NCBI GenBank assembly: GCA_017412085.1
Contig: JAFPYS010000019.1
Coordinates: forward strand, 17,869-81,868
Length of the DNA: 64,000 nt
Direction: 5' to 3'
Source of the DNA: Alphaproteobacteria bacterium
Lineage (GTDB): Bacteria; Pseudomonadota; Alphaproteobacteria; CAAHEQ01; UBA3637
Shown: in pieces, positions 28,396-40,488 of the stretch
Layout: each line of letters opens with the position of its first letter
How positions within the stretch are numbered: the stretch's first letter is position 1
Program-made: the position numbers and the translations under genes
The notes under the pieces: model-generated
What the model saw: only the letters and a program-made list of their open reading frames with translations
Database searches by the model: none
Told to the model about the DNA's origin: nothing

Positions 28396-28682
28396 GCTAT
28401 TGCCTTTCTTGGTAGATAGTTTAAGAGAATTAATCTGGTCAAAATAAAGCCGCAGAGAATAGATAAAAATTGCACAAGATTATGTTGCGCACATAAAAAG
28501 AGCAGGACAACGGCAAGCGATATACGTATAATGGCCGTTATTAACAAAAAGGGAACCTTGTGTTTAATTTTGGGCAATGCTTTTAGGGATAACCATAATA
28601 AAGTTAGATACACCAAGCAGATGAGTGATCCCATCGCGAGACCAAGAAAAAATTGGCTCAAAGAAAATGAAAAAGACATCAT
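28392..28682 (-). CDS. atpR: N-ATPase accessory membrane protein AtpR (by position)
   Basis: 96 aa, three hydrophobic segments with embedded Arg (IIRISL, ILTRLIL). It occupies the AtpR slot between atpQ and atpB, with ATGA overlaps on both sides. Confidence 0.68.
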   Translation of the reverse strand: MMSFSFSLSQFFLGLAMGSLICLVYLTLLWLSLKALPKIKHKVPFLLITAIIRISLAVVLLFLCAQHNLVQFLSILCGFILTRLILLNYLPRKAIA

Positions 28683-28994
28683 TTTTTTGCCCCCTTTTTC
28701 TTAACAGATTTTTTTTCTTTTTTAAGGCCAACCGATCTGAAAAACCAAGCATTTGCATTATAAAAACCAATACAAATGCCGATTAAAACAAAATTCAAAA
28801 CCCACGAGATATGAGCGACAGGATAATATTTATCCAAAAAAGCACCAGCCAAAATACCAATAAGCACGGGAATGGCAACTTGAAAACCGTAAATTGTTAA
28901 AACCGCAGCGTGATAGGCGTGTTTGCGTTGGGATCGATTGCGCAAATTATTTGCTTTTTTAATTAATATGTTTGCCTGCTGTTCAAAATATTGA

Positions 28995-29008
<14 letters not shown>
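28679..29008 (-). CDS. atpQ: N-ATPase accessory membrane protein AtpQ (AtpI/AtpZ-like, by position)
   Basis: 109 aa with two hydrophobic segments and a Lys-rich tail. It occupies the AtpQ slot after epsilon. Confidence 0.68.
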
Positions 29009-30833
<1,825 letters not shown>

Positions 30834-30880
30834 GCGAAAATTCAAAATTGGGAAAAATAAATTTTCAAGGCGCTGAGGTA

Positions 30881-32122
30881 TTATTTCAAGACGATTTTTA
30901 AGAAGTTCTTTTTACCTTTTTGAAGCAAGAATTCTGTCTTGTCAGCGGGTATTTTTGCCATACCGTCAGTTACTTTTTCTCCATCCAAACTTAAACCTTG
31001 TTGTTCAATCAAGCGGCGGGCTTCCCCTTTTGAAGCAAGGAAACCTGTTGCGACAATGAAATCAAGGATGGACACATCTTTAACGGATTCTTTTTCAACT
31101 TGTTTTGTTGGTACATCAACCGAGGCAGCTCCGTTTGAGAAAAGAGATGCGGATGCGGCGACGGCTTTGTCGGCTTCTTCGGCCCCATGGACAAGCTTTG
31201 TTACCTCATATGCCATGCGTTTTTTTGCTTCACGGATATCATTTTGACACATAGAGACAATTTCGGCCGTTGGAATGTCTGTAAAGACTTTTAATAACAT
31301 TTCTGTGTCGGCATCATCAGTATTATAAAAATATTGGTAGAAATGGTATGGTGTTGTTTTGTCGCGCGCAACCCATAATGTACCACTTTCCGTTTTGCCC
31401 ATCTTTTTGCCTTCTTTTGTCATTAAAAGAGGGCTTGTGATGGCAAAGGTATCTGGACATTCTGCCGTTGTTTTTCCTTCTGCCAAATTCATCTTGCGGC
31501 TTAATTCAACGCCTGCCACAATATTACCCCATTGGTCGGAACCGCCAATTTGGACGGCACATCCATAGGTTCTGTTTAAATGAACGAAATCGTATGCTTG
31601 GATGGGCATGTAACCCATTTCAAGGAAGGTCAATCCTCCATTTTCCAATCTAGAAGAATAGGCTTCAGAGGCCAACATTTTGTTGACATTCATGTGAACG
31701 CAGGCAGTGCGTAAAAAGTCAACATAACTGAATTTGTCCATCCATTCGGCATTGCTGACGATACGTGCGGGATTTTCGCCATCTGTGCGAATAAATTGTT
31801 TTGCCAACCGAATAACCTCATCGACATTATGCTGTACTTGATCTTTAGAAAGCATCTTTCTCATATCAGATTTGCCTGTCGGATCGCCAACCAAGGCGGT
31901 CGCTCCCCCGATCAACAAAATGCCGTGATGACCTTGTTTTTGTAACAAACTAAACATACGCAAGGCGAAAAAATGCCCAATATGCAGGCTGTCTGCCGTT
32001 GGATCAATACCAAGATAGAATGTGAAAGGTTTATCGCCATTTAATAAATCAATAATTTCCTTTTCATGAGTCATCTGATAAACGAGACCACGTTCTTTCA
32101 GGTATTCAAAAAAATTCTGCAT
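30881..32122 (-). CDS. tyrS: Tyrosine--tRNA ligase
   Basis: Has the class I HIGH motif (LHIGHF), a KMSKS variant (KMGKT) and a C-terminal S4-like domain. The start is at ATG 32122, preceded by AAGGAG. Confidence 0.93.
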   Translation of the reverse strand: MQNFFEYLKERGLVYQMTHEKEIIDLLNGDKPFTFYLGIDPTADSLHIGHFFALRMFSLLQKQGHHGILLIGGATALVGDPTGKSDMRKMLSKDQVQHNVDEVIRLAKQFIRTDGENPARIVSNAEWMDKFSYVDFLRTACVHMNVNKMLASEAYSSRLENGGLTFLEMGYMPIQAYDFVHLNRTYGCAVQIGGSDQWGNIVAGVELSRKMNLAEGKTTAECPDTFAITSPLLMTKEGKKMGKTESGTLWVARDKTTPYHFYQYFYNTDDADTEMLLKVFTDIPTAEIVSMCQNDIREAKKRMAYEVTKLVHGAEEADKAVAASASLFSNGAASVDVPTKQVEKESVKDVSILDFIVATGFLASKGEARRLIEQQGLSLDGEKVTDGMAKIPADKTEFLLQKGKKNFLKIVLK

Positions 32123-32160
32123 TATTTTCTCCTTGTTGTATTTTGATAAGGTAGAGTCTA

Positions 32161-34278
32161 TCACACTTTTTGATTTTTTTCAAGAATTTCTTTTACTTTT
32201 GTCAGCAAATCAGCCAACACAAATGGTTTGGCAATAAAATCAAAATTTTTGGCCTTATTAGAGGTGTGTTTTTCATAAGAATCCGAATATCCAGACATCA
32301 ATAAACAAGGTAAATCCGGGCTGAACTTTTTTGCTTCTTTAATCAAGTGTTCGCCATCCATGCTTGGCATAACCATATCGGTGATTAGCAATTGGAATAC
32401 AGATTTGTCTTGAATAAGTTTCAATGCATCTTCGGCGTTGGAAGCTTGGGTTACCTCAAACCCCTTGGCTTGCAAAGCCCGGGCAGTTACAGTGCGAATG
32501 CTTTCTTCGTCATCTACTAATAAAATAGGGGCCTTTGGAGTCGGTAAAAAGACATTTTGGATTTCCGTGGGTTGTGGGGTAACAATTTCGCCTTTTTCAT
32601 CAAAACGCGGCAAATAGACTGTGAATGTCGTTCCTACATTTTCTATACTGTCTACCTTAATAAAACCGCCCACACTATGAATAATTCCGTAAACTGTGGA
32701 CAATCCAAGGCCGGTGCCCGATTGATTGGATTTCTTTTTGGTGGTAAAGAATGGATCAAAAATATGCGGCAATATGTCAGCGGGAATACCTTTTCCTGTG
32801 TCTGTGATGGATATTTTTACATAAGAACCCGTTGATATGGTATCACTGCCACATAATCTGGCTTTTTTAACATCTTCTTTGGCAATAGAAATAGTCAGTT
32901 CGCCCCCCTTGGGCATGGCATCTTTCGCATTGACGGCGAAATTTAAGAAAACCTGTGTTAATTGGTTGATGTCCATTTTGATAAAGCCCAAATGCCGTTT
33001 GTAATCCATTGTCAGGTGACAATGCGGTGCAATGGCTCGTTGCAAGAGTGAAGTAAGGTCTACAAAGGCATCATGTACGGAAATCATATGCTCTTGAACG
33101 GGGGTTTTTCTGGAAAAAGTCAGTAATTGTCCCACCAAACCAGCGGCCTTTTGGACATTTCCTTTGATGTGCATCAAGTCAGCAAAAGCGCTATCACCTG
33201 CGGGGTGTTGTTGCAGCAAAAGATCTGTAAATCCCATAATGGCTGTCAAGATATTGTTGAAATCGTGAGCAATTCCGCCCGTCAGTTGACCCACAGCCTG
33301 CATTTTGTATGTTTGCATTACCTGTGTTTCTAATTGTTTTTTCGGCGTGATATCTATAAAATACAAGTTGGCTTCTGCTTCATCTGGGGAAGCCCAGGTG
33401 GCATATACCTGATAAGAATCGCCTTGGTGGGTGGCCAATTCAATGGACTTTTCTGAATCTAGTCTGTTATGAGATTTTGTCAGTTTGTTTGTTAGTTTTT
33501 GCAAGGTCTCATCCGTAAAAATATCAGATAGCTGTTTGGGATTGTTAGCTTGATTAAACTTATTGGAGAAGGGCCCATTTGTTTGTAAAATAATCTGAGA
33601 ATCCACTGAAATTTTGGCATAAGGAAGTGGAATATTGTCATTTTTGTTATCAAGCTGCGGTGCAATAACTGGGTGTAATGCCCCAAGGAACAGTGGGCTT
33701 GTTTGTGTTTGAATTTGAACTTGTGTTAAAAGAAATGGACACAGCCCCTGAGGAGTGGAAATAGTTGTTTCTGTTTCAAAACGTTGTTCAAAATTTAAGT
33801 TTGATAAATTCAAAAAAGCGGTAATTTTTTGCCCTAAAATTTTTTCATAAGGGTATCCAATCAAGGTGCTGAAATCAGAATTTATATATATAATTTCCCC
33901 TGATATATCAATAAGATAAAATGGGATATTAATGTTTTGAATTATGTTTTGAAACAGGTCCAATTGGGTTTGAGTAACCTGAGAGATATTTAATCTTTGG
34001 GGTTCATCTTGCGCGGTTATGAGCATCGCATCTGACAGGGGGGCTAAATGCACATGCCAACAAGTATCGTTCTGAATAAAATCTAAAGAAAAAGGGGAAT
34101 GTTGTAAAAGAGCATTTTCTAATTTTTTTAAATCTTCGTTTTGCTTTGATCCTTTAAGGAAGAAAAAAGGATTTTCCGCAGAACCGAAAACCAAATCTCC
34201 CTTTTGGTTGGAGGCAGTAATTTTATTGCCATAAGATCTAATTTGCGCTGCAAAGGGCAGAGCATTTAGAAGATCCAT
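32161..34278 (-). CDS. Hybrid sensor histidine kinase/response regulator, CckA-like
   Basis: Has PAS-like regions, the H-box QAVGQLTGGIAHDFNNILTAIMGFTDLL, HATPase_c (G-boxes DTGKGI, GTGLGLS) and a C-terminal REC (LLVDDE...ITDMVMP). I saw no TM segment. The start is uncertain; ATG 34278 has the best SD, and the track start at 34323 is TTG. Confidence 0.85.
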   Translation of the reverse strand: MDLLNALPFAAQIRSYGNKITASNQKGDLVFGSAENPFFFLKGSKQNEDLKKLENALLQHSPFSLDFIQNDTCWHVHLAPLSDAMLITAQDEPQRLNISQVTQTQLDLFQNIIQNINIPFYLIDISGEIIYINSDFSTLIGYPYEKILGQKITAFLNLSNLNFEQRFETETTISTPQGLCPFLLTQVQIQTQTSPLFLGALHPVIAPQLDNKNDNIPLPYAKISVDSQIILQTNGPFSNKFNQANNPKQLSDIFTDETLQKLTNKLTKSHNRLDSEKSIELATHQGDSYQVYATWASPDEAEANLYFIDITPKKQLETQVMQTYKMQAVGQLTGGIAHDFNNILTAIMGFTDLLLQQHPAGDSAFADLMHIKGNVQKAAGLVGQLLTFSRKTPVQEHMISVHDAFVDLTSLLQRAIAPHCHLTMDYKRHLGFIKMDINQLTQVFLNFAVNAKDAMPKGGELTISIAKEDVKKARLCGSDTISTGSYVKISITDTGKGIPADILPHIFDPFFTTKKKSNQSGTGLGLSTVYGIIHSVGGFIKVDSIENVGTTFTVYLPRFDEKGEIVTPQPTEIQNVFLPTPKAPILLVDDEESIRTVTARALQAKGFEVTQASNAEDALKLIQDKSVFQLLITDMVMPSMDGEHLIKEAKKFSPDLPCLLMSGYSDSYEKHTSNKAKNFDFIAKPFVLADLLTKVKEILEKNQKV

Positions 34279-34425
34279 ATATCCTTTTTTTATCTTTTTT
34301 TTGAACATAACGACATCATACAAGAGTTTTAAATGAAAATCCAGTAAAATTTTTGTAATAATTTGTCATAAAAATTGTTTAGACGGATTGCTCAACTTGA
34401 TGTATAATATCGGCATAACAAAAGG

Positions 34426-34851
34426 ATGAGTATGGATAAACAAGCTGAAAGTATTATAAAAGATCTTGCAAATTTATTGCGCGAGACTGGTTTAAACGAA
34501 ATTGATTATGAAAAGGATGGGTTGCGTTTGCGTGTTGCATCGAACAGCGGTGTGACTCCCGTTGTTACGACGCCAGCCGCCGAAGTTGTAACAGAAACCA
34601 AACAATCGGATAAGCCTAAGAATTATGTGAATTCACCAATCGTTGGCGTTGTTTATTTGTCGCCCAATCCAAATGCTCCGACTTTTGTAAAAGAAGGAGA
34701 TACGGTGAAAGCTGGGCAAACACTGTGTATGGTAGAAGCCATGAAAACGTTCAATCCTGTCGTGGCCGAAAAAGCCGGAAAAATTAAAGCGATTTTGGTG
34801 GAATCGGGTGCGCCAGTTGAGTATCAACAGCCTTTGTTTGAAATGGAATAA
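34426..34851 (+). CDS. accB: Acetyl-CoA carboxylase biotin carboxyl carrier protein
   Basis: Has the biotinylation motif CMVEAMKTFN and a Pro/Thr/Val linker. An alternative start is ATG 34432. Confidence 0.92.
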   Translation: MSMDKQAESIIKDLANLLRETGLNEIDYEKDGLRLRVASNSGVTPVVTTPAAEVVTETKQSDKPKNYVNSPIVGVVYLSPNPNAPTFVKEGDTVKAGQTLCMVEAMKTFNPVVAEKAGKIKAILVESGAPVEYQQPLFEME

Positions 34852-34854
34852 AGT

Positions 34855-36201
34855 ATGTTTGAAAAAGTCTTAATTGCCAATCGTGGAGAAGTTGCTTTGC
34901 GTATCCATCGTGCTTGTCGCGAGATGGGGATTAAGACTGTGGCTGTTCATTCTGTGGCCGATGCGAATGCTATGCATGTGAAATTGGCGGATGAGGCCGT
35001 TTGTATTGGTCCGGCCAATGCTAAGGAATCTTATTTAAATAAGGCTAATATTATTTCTGCCGCTTTGATGACTGGCGCAGATGCTATTCATCCTGGATAC
35101 GGCTTTTTATCTGAGAATGCAGATTTTGCCGAAATGGTGGAGGCACATGGTTTGGTTTGGATTGGTCCTAAACCAGATATGATACGAAAAATGGGTGATA
35201 AGGTGGAAGCAAGAAAGTTGGCTAAGGAATGTGGTTTACCCGTGACTCCGGGTTCAGATGAAGAGGTGCAGACGGTTTTGGATGCAATTCAATGGGGTGA
35301 GGCGTTGGGGTATCCTGTCATTATTAAAGCCGCATCTGGTGGCGGCGGCAAAGGTATGCGTGTTGTTAAGCGTGCAGATGATATGGAAATGGCTTTTACT
35401 TTGGCTCAAAATGAGGCACGAGCTGCGTTTGGGGACGAGGGTGTTTATATTGAAAAATATTTCACGAATCCAAGACATATTGAGGTTCAGGTTTTAGCGG
35501 ATAATTATGGACATGTCATCCATTTGGGTGAACGTGATTGTTCTTTGCAACGCAATCATCAAAAGGTGTTGGAAGAAACACCGTCTCCGGCATTAAATAC
35601 AGAAGAACGTGAACGCTTATGTAAGATGGCTGTTGATTTTGTAAAGAAAATTGGTTATTCAAATGTGGGTACTGTTGAGTTTTTGTATGAAAATGGACAG
35701 TTTTATTTTATGGAAATGAACACACGTTTGCAAGTGGAACACCCCATTACAGAAGCGGTGACAGGTTTGGATGTTGTGCGTGAACAAATTCGTATGGCAG
35801 CTGGCCAGACATTGGATATCAATCAAGAGGACATCCAATTTCATGGCGTTGCCATTGAGTGCAGAATTAATGCGGAAGATCCAGACACCTTCACACCTTG
35901 TCCGGGCAAAATCGGCCAATGGCATGTGCCGGGTGGTTTGGCTGTTCGGGTGGATTCTGGTATGTATGCCGGTTGTGATGTGCCGCCGAATTACGACAGT
36001 TTAGTGGCCAAGCTGATTGTGTCGGGGCGGACGCGCAATGGTGCGTTAATGCGCCTACGTCGTGCTTTGGATGAGTTTGTGATAGAGGGTATTTCGACAA
36101 CAATTCCTTTGCATCAAGCCATAGCGCAACATCCAGAATTTATTGATGGACAATACGATATTCATTGGTTGGAAGAATTTATAAAAAGCAGAAAGGCATA
36201 A
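34855..36201 (+). CDS. accC: Acetyl-CoA carboxylase biotin carboxylase subunit
   Basis: 448 aa with an ATP-grasp domain (GGGGKGMR, EMNTRLQVEHP) and a canonical N-terminus (KVLIANRGEVALRI). Confidence 0.95.
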   Translation: MFEKVLIANRGEVALRIHRACREMGIKTVAVHSVADANAMHVKLADEAVCIGPANAKESYLNKANIISAALMTGADAIHPGYGFLSENADFAEMVEAHGLVWIGPKPDMIRKMGDKVEARKLAKECGLPVTPGSDEEVQTVLDAIQWGEALGYPVIIKAASGGGGKGMRVVKRADDMEMAFTLAQNEARAAFGDEGVYIEKYFTNPRHIEVQVLADNYGHVIHLGERDCSLQRNHQKVLEETPSPALNTEERERLCKMAVDFVKKIGYSNVGTVEFLYENGQFYFMEMNTRLQVEHPITEAVTGLDVVREQIRMAAGQTLDINQEDIQFHGVAIECRINAEDPDTFTPCPGKIGQWHVPGGLAVRVDSGMYAGCDVPPNYDSLVAKLIVSGRTRNGALMRLRRALDEFVIEGISTTIPLHQAIAQHPEFIDGQYDIHWLEEFIKSRKA

Positions 36202-36202
36202 T

Positions 36203-36970
36203 ATGAAATTGACCTTTCGTGTGCCGAGTTTGGATCAAATGTTGGAGGCAACATTATGGACGCAAGAAGATGGCATTACGCCATATTGGCGAAATGATTT
36301 ATACAAGGCATATCCTCAAATAGATCAAGAAAAAGCACTTGCATTGCCAGAAAAAGAACGTATGAAGTACGTTGGGGATATACTGACGCAAATTTATAAA
36401 GAAAAAAAAGATGAGCTGAAGACTTTAAGTAAAAGATGGCAAGAGCGTTGGAATAGCCAATTAGAGCAAATTGAACGTGCCTTTTCACAGGCATACGAAA
36501 TTAATGCGAAGTCAATTTTAAATAATATGACAGCGTATGTGAATTTGAATTTTATCTGTCCAAGATATTTAGACAGCCATTCTTGTTATTTGTTTTACAG
36601 GATAGATCCGGATCAGATGGTGCGAATATGTTTGCATGAAGTAATGCATTTCTTTTGGTTTTACAAATGGCAAGAACATTTTCATGATGATTCGAAAGAA
36701 TATGATACGCCACATTTAAAGTGGATATTTTCTGAAATGGTTCAAGAAACAATGATGCAAGACACACCTATCAAGGATCTGGCCGAATGGAAGGGGAATA
36801 CTTACGATTATTTTTACACAATGAATATTGATGGTAAACCGATTTTAAAAACATTGTCAGATATTCATAAGCAAAAGGGGTTGATTGGTCTGTTTAAAGA
36901 CGGATATCAGTATTGCCAAGAACACGAAAACGAGATTCGGGCAATGATTAAAGAAGCCGAAAATATATAA
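36203..36970 (+). CDS. Hypothetical protein with HExxH motif
   Basis: 255-aa ORF starting 1 nt after the accC stop. It has a single HExxH (LHEVMHFFW). I recognise no family. Confidence 0.55.
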   Translation: MKLTFRVPSLDQMLEATLWTQEDGITPYWRNDLYKAYPQIDQEKALALPEKERMKYVGDILTQIYKEKKDELKTLSKRWQERWNSQLEQIERAFSQAYEINAKSILNNMTAYVNLNFICPRYLDSHSCYLFYRIDPDQMVRICLHEVMHFFWFYKWQEHFHDDSKEYDTPHLKWIFSEMVQETMMQDTPIKDLAEWKGNTYDYFYTMNIDGKPILKTLSDIHKQKGLIGLFKDGYQYCQEHENEIRAMIKEAENI

Positions 36971-37035
36971 TATCTTCTTGACAAATATTAATTAAATATG
37001 TCAAAATAGTTGTAGTTCAACACGAAGGAGAGAAT

Positions 37036-37506
37036 ATGAAAAAAGGAAAGAGAATGGCGACGCCAGAAGAAGTTGCTTTAGATATGTTTGAAAAGCGCGA
37101 TTTGATTCGGGCAACAAAAAGGAATTATGTTTGTGCTAAGCGTGATGAGATTTACGATAGATTGGTGCAGGCCAAGGCGTCACAGGATGTTAAGGCTGTC
37201 AGAAGATTGCGGGGACAACTTAGAGAATGTGAAAAACGCATGGCCGTCATCGATGTTCAAGAAAGTGAGGATCATTTGTGTGCTACGCAAACTCAATTGG
37301 CAATGCTTGAGAAGGCAATTAAAGAAAGTCGGAATTTGTCTGAGCGGACGTTCTTGATGAAAAGGGCTGAAGAAAAAGAAAATGACGTATTTGATGCAAG
37401 TATCGGCCTTCGTGATTCAAAAGCTCGTTTAGCGCAGTTTAATTCGCCCAAAGCTAAAAAGAAGACAAGAAGAAAGAAAGTTGTTTCTTGTGACGCGACA
37501 AGATAA
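37036..37506 (+). CDS. Hypothetical charged coiled-coil protein
   Basis: 156-aa ORF preceded by a GAAGGAG SD. It is highly charged and helical with a basic tail (PKAKKKTRRKK). I recognise no family. Confidence 0.5.
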   Translation: MKKGKRMATPEEVALDMFEKRDLIRATKRNYVCAKRDEIYDRLVQAKASQDVKAVRRLRGQLRECEKRMAVIDVQESEDHLCATQTQLAMLEKAIKESRNLSERTFLMKRAEEKENDVFDASIGLRDSKARLAQFNSPKAKKKTRRKKVVSCDATR

Positions 37507-37516
37507 TTTGTAAACG

Positions 37517-37548
37517 AAAATCCCCGGCTAAATGCTCGGGGATTTTTT
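37517..37548. terminator. Bidirectional rho-independent terminator between convergent genes
   Basis: AAAATCCCCG ... CGGGGATTTTTT, a GC-rich stem with an A-run on the 5' side and a T-run on the 3' side. It lies between the 37036 ORF and pgi. Confidence 0.8.
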
Positions 37549-37565
37549 GTCTTTAAACGAGGGTT

Positions 37566-39164
<1,599 letters not shown>

Positions 39165-39308
39165 TTAATTCTCCTTTGGCAACTGATTAAAATCTGGGGG
39201 GACAATAATTGATTCTCCATTTACAACCTGAGTTTCATCCAAATCTGGTTTATAGGGAGCACATGACGTTAAAATCAGGCACACAAACAAGCACAGTAAT
39301 ATTCTCAT
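39165..39308 (-). CDS. Small lipoprotein (47 aa), possibly DUF3035-like
   Basis: Not in the ORF track. Translation is MRILLCLFVCLILTSCAPYKPDLDETQVVNGESIIVPPDFNQLPKEN, with lipobox LTSC. The ATG overlaps the lspA stop (ATGA). Its stop abuts the pgi ATG and its 3' end supplies the pgi SD (AAGGAG). Confidence 0.62.
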   Translation of the reverse strand: MRILLCLFVCLILTSCAPYKPDLDETQVVNGESIIVPPDFNQLPKEN

Positions 39309-39751
39309 TTTTTCCTCCTTAATGTTTGCCACAGTATAATTGCCACGCCAATACAGATAGCAGAATCAGCAATATTGAAAGCGGGCCAATGATAATTCCC
39401 CCAATGAAAATCCAAAAAGTCAACGACAACTCCATAGCGAAGCCTATCCCAGACATTTCCAATTGCACCGCCCAAAACCAACATTAAGGCAAAGCGCGTC
39501 CATGTGTCTTTTTCCTTTCTGAAAGCATATAGAATAAAAGCGCAGATGATGCAAGCGATACCAATCAACACCCAAACGCCATAGGGACTGTCGGCCCGAA
39601 GCATAGAAAAGCTGATGCCGGGGTTAAAAGTAAGATAAAAATTAAAGATGGGTAAGATCGAAACTGGCGTGTATGCATCCAAATATTTTAATGCCGTATA
39701 TTTACTGAGCCAATCTAACGCAAAAACAATAACAGGAACCAGGTATAACAT
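39305..39751 (-). CDS. lspA: Lipoprotein signal peptidase (signal peptidase II)
   Basis: 148 aa with four TM segments. Has the conserved Asp-containing blocks GGAIGNVWDR and FNIADSAI. Confidence 0.92.
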   Translation of the reverse strand: MLYLVPVIVFALDWLSKYTALKYLDAYTPVSILPIFNFYLTFNPGISFSMLRADSPYGVWVLIGIACIICAFILYAFRKEKDTWTRFALMLVLGGAIGNVWDRLRYGVVVDFLDFHWGNYHWPAFNIADSAICIGVAIILWQTLRRKK

Positions 39752-40488
39752 TAATAATCCAGCTTAACGCCCCTCCAATTTGTGTGATTTGTGTTGGGAA
39801 CAACTTTTACAACCGCCGATTTTGGATTTTGCATGCGTCCAACAAAGCGTTCAACCAGACGGCGAGGTGTGACATCATCATCTTTGCCAACATAGTGAAC
39901 TTGAGGAATATTTGCTAAAATGTTTAATTTGTCCGCAGGATCATCGATATCTTCTGGATCGCCCCCCTCTATATCATGTTGAGTGTTATACGCCGCGACA
40001 TCTGTAATTCCGGCCACAGTTATCACTCGACTTGTGGGGAATTGTGGCGCCATATTCAAAGCAATAACCGCGCCCCCATCATAACCAATCAATTCAACAG
40101 ATGGAGCTTGGTGCTTGCGAATAAGATAATCCGTTAATTCTTTCATCTCTGCCATGATTTCTGGATGAAAACGGGCTTCTTGATAGATTTGCTTCTTTTG
40201 TTCACAGATCTTATCATTTGTCCATTGGCAAGGACGGGCGACATAAATAACATTTGGTGTTTTGTCTGCTTCCGCCAGATCAAAAGCGACCGTGTGGTAT
40301 GGATTGGGATTGCCATCGCCTTCATAATAAATACGTAAAGGCTTCCCCTTTTGAATGGAAGATTTTTCCCAAACAGCAATAGAAAAATACCCGGTTTCAA
40401 TTTGTTTCTCTTGAAATTTATTAGAATGCGGAGCTATTGCACAGCCACAAAGTAACAGGGCAGTTACAAAAATGGAAAGCTTTGTCAT
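39751..40488 (-). CDS. Lipoprotein with alpha/beta-hydrolase-like fold
   Basis: The start at ATG 40488 has an AAAGGAG SD and overlaps the addA stop. It has lipobox LLCGC, an elbow-like GYDGG, and later GKDDDVTP and NTNHTNW. The fold assignment is tentative. Confidence 0.6.
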   Translation of the reverse strand: MTKLSIFVTALLLCGCAIAPHSNKFQEKQIETGYFSIAVWEKSSIQKGKPLRIYYEGDGNPNPYHTVAFDLAEADKTPNVIYVARPCQWTNDKICEQKKQIYQEARFHPEIMAEMKELTDYLIRKHQAPSVELIGYDGGAVIALNMAPQFPTSRVITVAGITDVAAYNTQHDIEGGDPEDIDDPADKLNILANIPQVHYVGKDDDVTPRRLVERFVGRMQNPKSAVVKVVPNTNHTNWRGVKLDY

